A stretch of DNA of 64,000 bases, from IMG/VR virus record IMGVR_UViG_3300008954_000022, positions 1 to 64,000 of that record. One strand, 5' to 3'. A program made the translations under genes and the position numbers. The stretch comes from a virus. This document shows, one piece after another, positions 17,601 through 25,743 of this stretch. Each line of letters begins with the position of its first letter. The stretch's first letter is position 1. The notes under the pieces are model-generated. The model was not told the DNA's origin and ran no database searches. It was given only the letters and a program-made list of their open reading frames with translations.

Positions 17601-20414
17601 GGAACAGATGTGTACGATCAGTTTGACACTGAGCCCACGTTCGCGTTCTCTGGATCCTACCTGGATAAGATTGTAGGTGGGCACATGATCACAGGCTCAT
17701 TCCCCACTGTAACCAGTGCATCCTTCCACCTCGAGAATAAGGGAATGCACAGAAAAGTTATGGGCTACATTACCGAGGGTACAGCGGGAGTCACCGGCTC
17801 CTTCCTACGCGGTATTAAGATGGCTGACACCCGGGAGAGATTTTATGACTCCCTCCTGCCTTCTGTCGCGGAGATGCTGGCTGTGAACGGGGACTCTCTG
17901 TTTGATGGAAGAAGTTTTCAGGTCCAGGCAACACTGCAGTCGAAGCTCTTCGACGATACGGGCGCTGAGCAGTCTTTTTCGATTCCCCTCCATAGGGATG
18001 CGGGAATGTTAGATCCGTCAGCTAATGTGCTGGTTATAGCTGAGCCCCGCTCGTCTATACAAGGCCCTGGGCAAATCTTTGACAGGGATCTGGCATTCCT
18101 GTTCCCCTTTGAGCCAAAGTACTCAAATGTCTCCCGATTGGCCACAGAGAGAAAGGGCAACAAGACATTCAGCGTGGTGACAGGCTCTACTGGCAGGGGC
18201 GTGAGAAGAGGTTTCATCAGTCACATTGCTGTCACAGGCTCCCAGGTCTTTCTAAAATCGATGGGCCTGCAGTCGTACCTCCTCAGAGTGAAGGACATCG
18301 ACATGACCGACGTGCGCAACAATCGTGGCGCGCCGGTGAAGAGCCATGGCAACGGCCGAAGTCGACCATCGTTCACTGAGCTCTCCTCCTCTGTGTCTGA
18401 GTCCATCTCCCACGCAGGTCTGGCCATCCTGGGTCCCGGTGGAACAGAGAAGACTTTCAATGAGATTGATGGCGTCACCCTTCTTAACTCCCTTTACTTC
18501 GGGTTCGGCGATGGATTCTTTGGCATGCCCAAGTTCAAAAAGTTTGAGTACGAGGGCGGTGAGGAGGTAACACCGGTTGGCTTTACCAGGGCCAATCAGG
18601 CGACGACAATAACAGGCGTCGACACCAGGTTCACTAGAGACATTAAGGTCGGTGATCGTATTGCCCTGAGTGGTACCCTCGCCCCTGAGGGCTACGTCCA
18701 GCCTGGCCACGCCGGCGGCGGCGGATCCATCATAAGCCATGGCCCGCGGTCCTACGCAAAGATAACGTTCACCAACACTCCGCAGACAGCCCCGGACAGT
18801 AACACCACAATTACAATTGTGTCCACTGATGGAACGACCAAGACCTACGTCGGCATGGGTCCTGCCGCTCCCACCCCCGCCTCCCTGGAGTTCACGGCGA
18901 CCTCCACCGCCGCCACCGCCGCGGCAACGCTGAAGACAGCTATTTATGATGCTGCTGGTCACACAGGGGACAAGATTGAGGTAGAAGATAACCTGGACGG
19001 ATCCCTAACCCTATACCAGACTGAAGTCGGGACATCCGGATCGATGAATACAGCTATCGTCCTGGGTTCCAGCATGGGCAACACAACAGTGGACAACTTC
19101 AACAACACCCAGTACGGCCAATTGGGATCGAGTATATACGGGTCTGTTACAGCAATAGCCTCGGACACAGAGCTGACAGTTGAGTCCACAAACACCAACA
19201 GCAGTCGCGCGCGCACAACGATCGCGGTGACCGTTGGCGACGCCGCCCACGGAATGACCAAAAATCAAAAAGTCACCATAACATCGACCGATGGAACAGT
19301 CAAAGATTACATTGTCACCGACACAGGAAACTCCGGAGCGGCGACGGGCACCGCACTAACAAATGGCGTCACAAATGTCGGTGGTGGGACAACCGCTACT
19401 GTTACTGCTGCCGACGGAGGTGTTGCATTCGGCGCCGACCTCGGCACCAACCCCACACAAAATGCCATGCTTGCCCAGCTCAGGACGGCCATCTTGTCCG
19501 CCGCCGGTCACAATGGGAAGATTGCAGTTGGAGACACATCTGCTGATAACAATGGGACCCAGCTTCTCGCGCTAACACAGTCAGTCGGAGGCATCGCTGG
19601 TAATACAACATTCACAGAGAATATAGCCAACTTCACCGCCGCCACAAACTTCACAGGAGGTGGCGGCCTGGGTGACGGCACAGACTTCCAGAAAATAGAG
19701 GTTGAGCGTAATCCCACGATGCAGGTCTCAGGCTCCTTCACCAGCACCGGCACGCAGACCCTGACCACAACCACAGTGACGTACACGTACTGGCACCCCA
19801 GCGATTTCTGGTGGGAGTACTACGCGAGATTCTACGAAACCTACGCTAAGGGAGGCTTCTTCCAGGGCCAAGGGTGGTCCTACACCTACCCAGGCTTCCC
19901 GGTCGGGTCGTGGATCTACGGCATCTATATTGGGTGGTCCCAATACTACACAAATCTCAGGCAACAGAATGCACTGCCAGTCTACAGCCACAACAGTGTT
20001 GAGGTCAATAGGGACATCTCAATGCACATCACCGGTGCGATGCACATAGGGGTCGGATCTGGGGTGGAGCTGAGGGGTTTCAAGTATGGTATTGCGAATA
20101 TTAGGCCCCTCTACACTTCTGCAGTCTATAGGCACAACAGGTACGGGCAGGTGAGGGATCTCCTCGAGCAGAGACAGTTCACACGCTTCTTCACAGAAGA
20201 CGGCGTTGAAGCTGGCCCGGTCAAGGTAACGTTCACCTCTCGACCAGACGAGGATGGCGCAAGGTCAGTTAATGTGGATCCAGCGTCGACACACAGTCAG
20301 AACTTAGATATATTTTGCACATCATCACTTCCATACTTCGACGGCCTCACCCGGGACCGTGCCACCGACCCGGATCGGAGCGGTGGTGACAGCATTATGT
20401 TGACATTTGAGTAG
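14685..20414 (+). CDS. Giant baseplate/fibre protein, C-terminal part (first ATG at 14766; frame open from 14685)
   Basis: 1882-aa ORF from 14766; two T(V/I)TGVxTxF...KVGD...SDTEL.V beta domains, each split by two insertion modules; no Shine-Dalgarno before ATG 14766. Confidence 0.7.
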   Translation, partial: ADGIHFPFNLPQGHTGIPFATPNTTTTMFGPGRSHRSSFDPRRRSDNPESLGAFTEAHLFAQFGHTPVRASDITTGSSAGDNPNLTWDSRYTVDEELNSGFYMTGSDPEIVGPGLSAPLWDKHKIEIDLTPSTTTEVQHQNWNSQSLGFYHDAPNQTLYGPMMYFNFNEQKWERIGTHEAHPLPTDPIPASQRGNLTEEQARLRLWLDRTMVGFGQSTQIFTGDSDDRQASSPKSPNSDPAKKIFLTTGMAQPTNTFGFPFHPKFAATGSQVFNVSSVIDRPFLVEKVVYEFSASLSNKTTSADSNPFTRHPEGVTFFILNQRAGNIDPGIENRAVMVRVSDTSPTGSDGSPAPGTETLEIPYSGTIPGVWQLSPPLSAYGYGEGYSFTTLAGTTATSGSTTTVTGVSTSFLSELKVGDSIQLVPRDEEATATVSVSDGDRNLTTASGEGRKITITSTDGTTRVYRVVDSNLSAIATGAVLAANSDTGAGTTADAGDIAVSVPVNGSPGKQNALLVQLKDAIEDENGHDGKIVVGAVPSQADGKQSITLTQLTIGTGGGASRGVTEIVEDFSDAANQGCLSVTNFEVADLKSNVVTRINSDTELLVSAPATAATAILTFTGTQVADTFMVIKSTDGTQVTYSAGTETTISFSDMQFQGNVSAVVSAKALQECIESKAGHGGKIRVHRAGAVLTLTMVQAGQIHTLHSGNFAIDILTGNLANVTITQQWKDGQDAGIAGGTRTGSTTSYIRRIIPVKYDNVDTVRDLVTFSRLATMSSKDSLDLKDDFEKYVVDPRRDADLTVDSPTSWSHQKLTLAAPCRAPSLSPGASTFDVGGNFIDIDGDDDEDRLLIRYINGSRNGMGIPTGRSPRGGEFSGFSKQYELTSGDKAFRLFSPTTDNVVSPYLLKPGDKLVFGFQAPLAYSVYNTGPKFLVHPGAGKLVLYGSVLRNDHELTPESNQPLTSEAVHESLILGTDVYDQFDTEPTFAFSGSYLDKIVGGHMITGSFPTVTSASFHLENKGMHRKVMGYITEGTAGVTGSFLRGIKMADTRERFYDSLLPSVAEMLAVNGDSLFDGRSFQVQATLQSKLFDDTGAEQSFSIPLHRDAGMLDPSANVLVIAEPRSSIQGPGQIFDRDLAFLFPFEPKYSNVSRLATERKGNKTFSVVTGSTGRGVRRGFISHIAVTGSQVFLKSMGLQSYLLRVKDIDMTDVRNNRGAPVKSHGNGRSRPSFTELSSSVSESISHAGLAILGPGGTEKTFNEIDGVTLLNSLYFGFGDGFFGMPKFKKFEYEGGEEVTPVGFTRANQATTITGVDTRFTRDIKVGDRIALSGTLAPEGYVQPGHAGGGGSIISHGPRSYAKITFTNTPQTAPDSNTTITIVSTDGTTKTYVGMGPAAPTPASLEFTATSTAATAAATLKTAIYDAAGHTGDKIEVEDNLDGSLTLYQTEVGTSGSMNTAIVLGSSMGNTTVDNFNNTQYGQLGSSIYGSVTAIASDTELTVESTNTNSSRARTTIAVTVGDAAHGMTKNQKVTITSTDGTVKDYIVTDTGNSGAATGTALTNGVTNVGGGTTATVTAADGGVAFGADLGTNPTQNAMLAQLRTAILSAAGHNGKIAVGDTSADNNGTQLLALTQSVGGIAGNTTFTENIANFTAATNFTGGGGLGDGTDFQKIEVERNPTMQVSGSFTSTGTQTLTTTTVTYTYWHPSDFWWEYYARFYETYAKGGFFQGQGWSYTYPGFPVGSWIYGIYIGWSQYYTNLRQQNALPVYSHNSVEVNRDISMHITGAMHIGVGSGVELRGFKYGIANIRPLYTSAVYRHNRYGQVRDLLEQRQFTRFFTEDGVEAGPVKVTFTSRPDEDGARSVNVDPASTHSQNLDIFCTSSLPYFDGLTRDRATDPDRSGGDSIMLTFE

Positions 20415-20426
20415 GAGTAGGGTCTC

Positions 20427-20915
20427 ATGCCTAAAATTGTGAAAGACCATCCGGATCAAGCCAGGAAGAGGGTGAAGTACGTTGTGAAGGACTCCACCGG
20501 TCGTGTAACAGATGTGATATTTCCGAACGGCCTACAGGTAGGCCTTCCATCGTCACAGTTCTCAAAGCCCCTCAAGGCTGTCTGGGGTGTGAAGCTAGGG
20601 TCATTTCCTGATAAAGAATATTCTGCCGGCACTGTAGACGGAGAGGGCTCGAATCAGAAACCAACTAATTGGCCAGCAACAGGAAGCCTCCTGTATGTGA
20701 GTGGTACCACCCTAATGTTCGGGGGAACTCCAGCAGCAGCTAGCGGCATGGTGGGAGTAGGAACTTTCAGGACATTAGGAAGTGATGAATTTACCATCGC
20801 TTCCGAGTACCAGGGTCTTCACTTCAGCCCCATTGTGGTGAGTGAGGGAAATGTGATTACGTTATCCAGCGGATCAGTTCTCTGCGTCGCGCCCTTCGGA
20901 GAGTTCAATATCTAG
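20427..20915 (+). CDS. Hypothetical virion protein
   Basis: 162-aa ORF with AGGAG upstream, in the tail/fibre cluster. Confidence 0.6.
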   Translation: MPKIVKDHPDQARKRVKYVVKDSTGRVTDVIFPNGLQVGLPSSQFSKPLKAVWGVKLGSFPDKEYSAGTVDGEGSNQKPTNWPATGSLLYVSGTTLMFGGTPAAASGMVGVGTFRTLGSDEFTIASEYQGLHFSPIVVSEGNVITLSSGSVLCVAPFGEFNI

Positions 20916-20925
20916 GATATAACAT

Positions 20926-21738
20926 ATGAGTAAGATAAAGGTAAATAACATTCTACCCCTCCCGAACACAGATCTCAAGATCTGGACTGGGGGAGTGACT
21001 ACTGCAGGTTCAGAAGCTGATCCTGCTGCTAAAATAACACTCCAGAACTCGACTGGACGCGTGGGAATAGGCACAGTAATTCCAGTCAGCATGCTACATT
21101 TAGAAACTTCCAATAGCACATCGCTGATAACAATCACGAGAAATGATTCATCCATCGCCGACGGCGACGAGCTGGGCGCAATTCTCTTTGGCGGAACGTT
21201 AAACGGAACTACACATAACTCTAATGCTGTTGTTGTGCGTGCGTTAGCAGATGGAGCCTGGTCCGATGTGTCCAGTGATGCGGGAGCCAAGCTCCAGATC
21301 ATGACAACCCCAGACGAATCGGCCACCGCGGCGGTTCGAGTAACCATCGCCGGATCCGGGGACGTCGGCATTGGCACAGCCTCTCCAAACTGTATGCTTC
21401 ACGTTGCGGGCGCAGCGGCATTTTCCGGGCCAAACGAAACATTTGTTACTTTTGCTGATGGCGACGCGTCGCCTTCTGTGGCCACAGGAAATATATTCAA
21501 ACATCATGCCAGCACACAAGCCATCACCACGTTTGATGATGGTGTTTGTGGTCAAATAATTACAGTGATCTCAACTGCTGCTATAACGTACAATTATACT
21601 GGAAGTAATCTTAAATGTGGTTCTGCTAATATAGTGACTGCCAATGGAGACGTCACCATGTGGGTATTTGATGGAACCAATTGGTACTTGCTGTCTTGGA
21701 TGGACGTTTCTGCTAATCTATCCTCTGGTGGTTTCTAA
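20926..21738 (+). CDS. Short tail fibre/spike-like protein
   Basis: Two VGIGT..P...LH repeats (RVGIGTVIPVSMLHL, DVGIGTASPNCMLHV) typical of trimeric phage fibres; C-terminal ...VFDGTNWY. Confidence 0.7.
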   Translation: MSKIKVNNILPLPNTDLKIWTGGVTTAGSEADPAAKITLQNSTGRVGIGTVIPVSMLHLETSNSTSLITITRNDSSIADGDELGAILFGGTLNGTTHNSNAVVVRALADGAWSDVSSDAGAKLQIMTTPDESATAAVRVTIAGSGDVGIGTASPNCMLHVAGAAAFSGPNETFVTFADGDASPSVATGNIFKHHASTQAITTFDDGVCGQIITVISTAAITYNYTGSNLKCGSANIVTANGDVTMWVFDGTNWYLLSWMDVSANLSSGGF

Positions 21739-21789
21739 GGGTGACTTTTGGAACCTCACAATCGACGGGCCCGACACTTTGGAACTGGA

Positions 21790-21796
21790 ATAGTTA
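21790..21796 (+). promoter_or_regulatory. Putative late promoter motif ATAGTTA
   Basis: Intergenic, 6 nt before ATG 21803, with no Shine-Dalgarno (possibly a near-leaderless transcript). Confidence 0.4.
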
Positions 21797-21802
21797 CTAG
21801 AC

Positions 21803-22744
21803 ATGGCCGGCATACTCAATAGCAAGACACGGGTGATCGATTTCATAATCACCGAGCAGGGCCGGGAGCAGGCTGCCAACGGTGAGCTGCAGATAAAGTA
21901 CGCGACCTTCTCAGATAGGGACACTTTCTACAGCAGTGATCTTGAGGGTGTGGCAGCAGACGCAGATGGTCGTATTTTCTTCGAGGCTTCTGGTCGATCG
22001 CAGGATCTGATAGTCGTAGAGACAACGCCTCAAGGTTCTATGAAGCCGTTTAAGACAGCAGACTTTGATCTGGACGGAACAAATGTGGTCACAGGCTCAT
22101 TCAGTTACGCGGACACTGCTGCTTCCACGCTGCTAACGGGAAGTCAGTATTCAGCTCTCTCTAGCATCATTGTTGATAACGTGACACAGAATTTCACTGA
22201 TCAGATGATTATTGGTCAGACAGATCCTTTTGCGGACTCAACTGATTTCCTGATTAATCAGGAGGATGTTACATTCGAGATAACTGATTCATCACCCATT
22301 GAGGAGGGAAAGATAAAGGAGGCGTCAATCTCGGCCATCGAGAGCCTCTTTCAGGACAGACGCCTCTCCCATCTTCCGAACTATAAATACCTACCACCCA
22401 GGAATCCTCCCATGTTGGGTAATAGCACTGGAAGGCTACTGGGAAGGTACGCCAATCTGAGTCAGGCCAATCATATGACGCTGCAGAATTTACAGGAAGA
22501 TCTCAAGGGAAAGCCGTGGGTGAATATCAATTTCACTGATACGTCTCGGGATAACAATATTGTGATACAACCTTTCGAGTTTCGCCATGAGGGAATTCAG
22601 AAGCTTTCAATTATTGATTTTGGAGAGTTTCCTGATGAGGATCCTGTCTCGCCAGGAAAAAGAGTTTTCTTTCTAGGCAAAATCATGAAAGATCACTTTG
22701 GATCGTCAACATTTGTCAACATGTTCACAGTTATTTTGGACTAG
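21803..22744 (+). CDS. Virion structural protein, N-terminus paralogous to 31384..32100
   Basis: MAGILNSKTRVIDFIITEQGREQAANGELQIKYATFSD versus MGFLDHSTNNIIVDAVLTDIGREFLA...FFSLSDDEVDY. Confidence 0.6.
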   Translation: MAGILNSKTRVIDFIITEQGREQAANGELQIKYATFSDRDTFYSSDLEGVAADADGRIFFEASGRSQDLIVVETTPQGSMKPFKTADFDLDGTNVVTGSFSYADTAASTLLTGSQYSALSSIIVDNVTQNFTDQMIIGQTDPFADSTDFLINQEDVTFEITDSSPIEEGKIKEASISAIESLFQDRRLSHLPNYKYLPPRNPPMLGNSTGRLLGRYANLSQANHMTLQNLQEDLKGKPWVNINFTDTSRDNNIVIQPFEFRHEGIQKLSIIDFGEFPDEDPVSPGKRVFFLGKIMKDHFGSSTFVNMFTVILD

Positions 22745-22752
22745 GAGATCAC

Positions 22753-25743
22753 ATGAGGTTTACACGTGATGAAGTACAATCTGCTAGCTTTGATGATATT
22801 TTTGTAGTTGATCATGAACGCGGCCTGGCACTGCTTGACGATCTCGAGGAGGCACCGAATACTCGAGAGCCGGGCCAGGGAATCCTCTCTGCAAAGGGTG
22901 AGTTCATATATGAGATGGAATTCTACATAAACTCTCTTCTGGCCCTCTCTAACAACATCAAGTACGTATCAATTCAAGTTTTTAGTGAAGACCCAGAAAG
23001 GAAAGCCTCGACCGGAAGCACCGATACATCGAGGGCGTCTGTTCACAAGATGATCGGACTGTTAAAGGGACAAGCGTCCGGCCCTGGCAACCAGGCCAGT
23101 GATCCTGTGAAACATATGATATCTCGCAAGGGATCACGAAAGAAGTACCTGGGAGGCACCATGGTGAACCTTCGATCTGAATTGAGCTTGGAAGATCTCG
23201 AGAAGTTCAAGAGATTTCAGGAGGAGGGAAGAGAGCCCGAGCCAGAGGTGTACACTTATATCACAGACGAGCCTGAAGAGGACTTAAAAGAGAAAGAAGT
23301 CTCAGGAGTTGGACGAGCTGCTTCTAATCTCAAAGTTGATGAGAATATGATTCGAGGAGCTAAAGCCGGCGCAACTGATGGTGGAGCATTTCATCGACTT
23401 GCCCTTAGCGCACTGCACCAGGAGAAAAAGGATCCGACAAGTTTTGCGCTAACACAGCATCCTGCAGCAGGATCCTCAGGTAGTGGTCTAGGGGGAACGA
23501 TGGACATCGTTCCCACACGTCGAAATGAGAGAAAGAATCGAAAAAATACGAAGCGAAGGCGAAAAAAGAGGCAGGGTCACGGAAGCCCAGGCCCGAGAAT
23601 TTCATTAATGCGGCAGTCTCCGGTCCTCTCTCCACTTAAGTTTTCCACTGGAAGAAACTCCATATGGGCTCCGGCAATTGCAATGATCGCGCAGCAAACG
23701 ACTAAACTAGAATCTGCTCCCCCGCCAGCCAGAGGAAAAAATCCGGATGTTGAGACTTCGACTTCAACAGCATGGACTCCACCGCCACCTCCTGCCATTG
23801 TTAAGTTTGAGTCTAGGCTAATTGAAGTGGAACGAACTGTTTCTGTTCCCATAAGAAAGACCGGAGTGATGGGAACCATTTACTGGCAGGTTACTCTTAT
23901 GAGAGTTAAGGACATCGCCGGAAGAAAAAGGCTCGATCCCTTTATGAGCAGAGTATACAGTGTTCGTCATAGGGCACAGACAGAGGAGATTCTAACACCG
24001 GTAACCCCTCCGGATATAGTGTCTAGCGCTCGAATGAGGGGAAGAAATTTGCTGACAGTGACACAGCAGGATCCTGTGGGTACTAAAGTTTTAATTCAAC
24101 GAAAGACAACCAACCCCCAAACGAGCGATGTGGATCTAAACAACGAAAGTAGATACACGACAGTTGCTGAAATAGATCTCACAGCAGGCATGGGACCAGA
24201 ACTTATAACAGACTCTGGTGTAGTTAATGTAGGTAATACAATCAATATCTACAGGGTGTGCAGTATAGGGCCCACTGGAAGAATGTCGGAGGAGTATAAC
24301 TCAGTTGTAGTCAAGAGTCTCCAACCAATCGCCGGAACAGGATCTGGATCAGTTAGCGAGGAGACCCATGTATCAATACACGCGAGGAACGACTATAACA
24401 GGATCATCGTAGAGATTACTCGACTCCCGACGTCTGCTGTTGCTGTGACGCTGCTAAGGGAAGATTTATCTGCTGATTCCTTCACATCCAACGCTCGTCG
24501 ACCACTTCGGCCTGTTGAGGAAAACGGCACCGGCAAGACTGTTATTATGATACCCAAGGGCACAAATAGCATAAGATTTGATGATCATGACGTGACGCCC
24601 TTTAAGAAGTATCGGTACTGCGCTGAGCTTCGAATGAGATTTGGGCCTGCTGTTGAAGCCACCGGGGATGAGGTGATAGTTCACAGACGACCCCAGATAG
24701 TTGTCCCTGTTAAGTCTGCTATACGAAAGACTAACCTGTCAGATCGTAAGCGACGAGGATCCACACAGAAGGGTTATGAGGTTTCCTTTGATATTGCTAC
24801 AAAACCCACCCACGACGGTTTGGAGACACTCGCTAAAATTCTCGAGTCTTCAGGTGTGGGAGCGGCATTTATTGATGAAGTGAAGAGGGATCGTGATAGA
24901 GTTAGTGAAATTGCTGCCTACGTTATTGAGCGCCTTGATCTCAAGACGGGACGCCGCGAGATGTTAGGTTTAGCATCATCAGGAAAGTTTGTTGATAACT
25001 CTGAGACCCAGTCCCATAATAGAAATTCTTCCTTGAGGCCGGGACACACATATCGATATATTGCGAAGCTCTGCTTGAGGCCCCCTGAAGCTCTCTTTAG
25101 AGAAGCTATGACCACGATACCTGTACAGCATGCCCAGGGCACCGGTGGGTCTCGTCCTGATAAGACAAAAGTGCTAGCACAGAAATTTCTATACGCTTTT
25201 GGTGCAACTCCAGGAATGCTACCAAGCGACACTGAGCTGAAGAAAGGATCATCCCAGAGCATTTCAGCACTTATGCACCAGGGAATGACAGGTGTTGAGA
25301 TCTACACAGATATTACAATACCCAATCCACCACCCATCATTGAAAATGTTAGAGGTCACAGGACCAAGAGGGGTCAGAATATCATTACATGGGAGGCCCG
25401 AGGCGATGTCGATCGAATTGAGTGTTTCTTCATCTTTGCAAGATACAAGGGTACCTCTGCTGTTGTAGCCAGAATAATGAATAGTGACGACGGAGGAAGG
25501 CACAAGTTTAAGTACACTGACAGGCGCCTGTCAGGTCGTGTGGGGAAGATTGAATATACAGTGGGTGCAATGCTTGAAGATTGCTCTAGAATTAAGTCAA
25601 GTAGGCCTGTGACTATTTCACGCGTGAGATCAATGCCACCAGAGCTTCTAAGGAATCTCAAGCGTCGGCCACGATCGATGTCAAAGATCAAGAAACCCCG
25701 GCGTTTTAAGAATGTTTCCAAGCTAGTGAAGGACTCTGAATAA
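22753..25743 (+). CDS. Large hypothetical virion protein with FN3/Ig-like beta domains and basic patches
   Basis: 996-aa ORF, AGGAG upstream; FN3-like strand patterns IYRVCSIG, YRYCAEL, YRYIAKL, IEYTVGA. Confidence 0.6.
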   Translation: MRFTRDEVQSASFDDIFVVDHERGLALLDDLEEAPNTREPGQGILSAKGEFIYEMEFYINSLLALSNNIKYVSIQVFSEDPERKASTGSTDTSRASVHKMIGLLKGQASGPGNQASDPVKHMISRKGSRKKYLGGTMVNLRSELSLEDLEKFKRFQEEGREPEPEVYTYITDEPEEDLKEKEVSGVGRAASNLKVDENMIRGAKAGATDGGAFHRLALSALHQEKKDPTSFALTQHPAAGSSGSGLGGTMDIVPTRRNERKNRKNTKRRRKKRQGHGSPGPRISLMRQSPVLSPLKFSTGRNSIWAPAIAMIAQQTTKLESAPPPARGKNPDVETSTSTAWTPPPPPAIVKFESRLIEVERTVSVPIRKTGVMGTIYWQVTLMRVKDIAGRKRLDPFMSRVYSVRHRAQTEEILTPVTPPDIVSSARMRGRNLLTVTQQDPVGTKVLIQRKTTNPQTSDVDLNNESRYTTVAEIDLTAGMGPELITDSGVVNVGNTINIYRVCSIGPTGRMSEEYNSVVVKSLQPIAGTGSGSVSEETHVSIHARNDYNRIIVEITRLPTSAVAVTLLREDLSADSFTSNARRPLRPVEENGTGKTVIMIPKGTNSIRFDDHDVTPFKKYRYCAELRMRFGPAVEATGDEVIVHRRPQIVVPVKSAIRKTNLSDRKRRGSTQKGYEVSFDIATKPTHDGLETLAKILESSGVGAAFIDEVKRDRDRVSEIAAYVIERLDLKTGRREMLGLASSGKFVDNSETQSHNRNSSLRPGHTYRYIAKLCLRPPEALFREAMTTIPVQHAQGTGGSRPDKTKVLAQKFLYAFGATPGMLPSDTELKKGSSQSISALMHQGMTGVEIYTDITIPNPPPIIENVRGHRTKRGQNIITWEARGDVDRIECFFIFARYKGTSAVVARIMNSDDGGRHKFKYTDRRLSGRVGKIEYTVGAMLEDCSRIKSSRPVTISRVRSMPPELLRNLKRRPRSMSKIKKPRRFKNVSKLVKDSE

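Noticed and set aside
19782-19949. Complete diversity-generating retroelement
   Set aside because: No reverse transcriptase or template repeat is visible in the window; kept only as a hypothesis.
23515-23575. NLS-like basic run RRNERKNRKNTKRRRKKR suggesting a eukaryotic virus
   Set aside because: Shine-Dalgarno sites, operon coupling and T4-like genes indicate a prokaryotic host; the run more likely binds nucleic acid or acidic partners.
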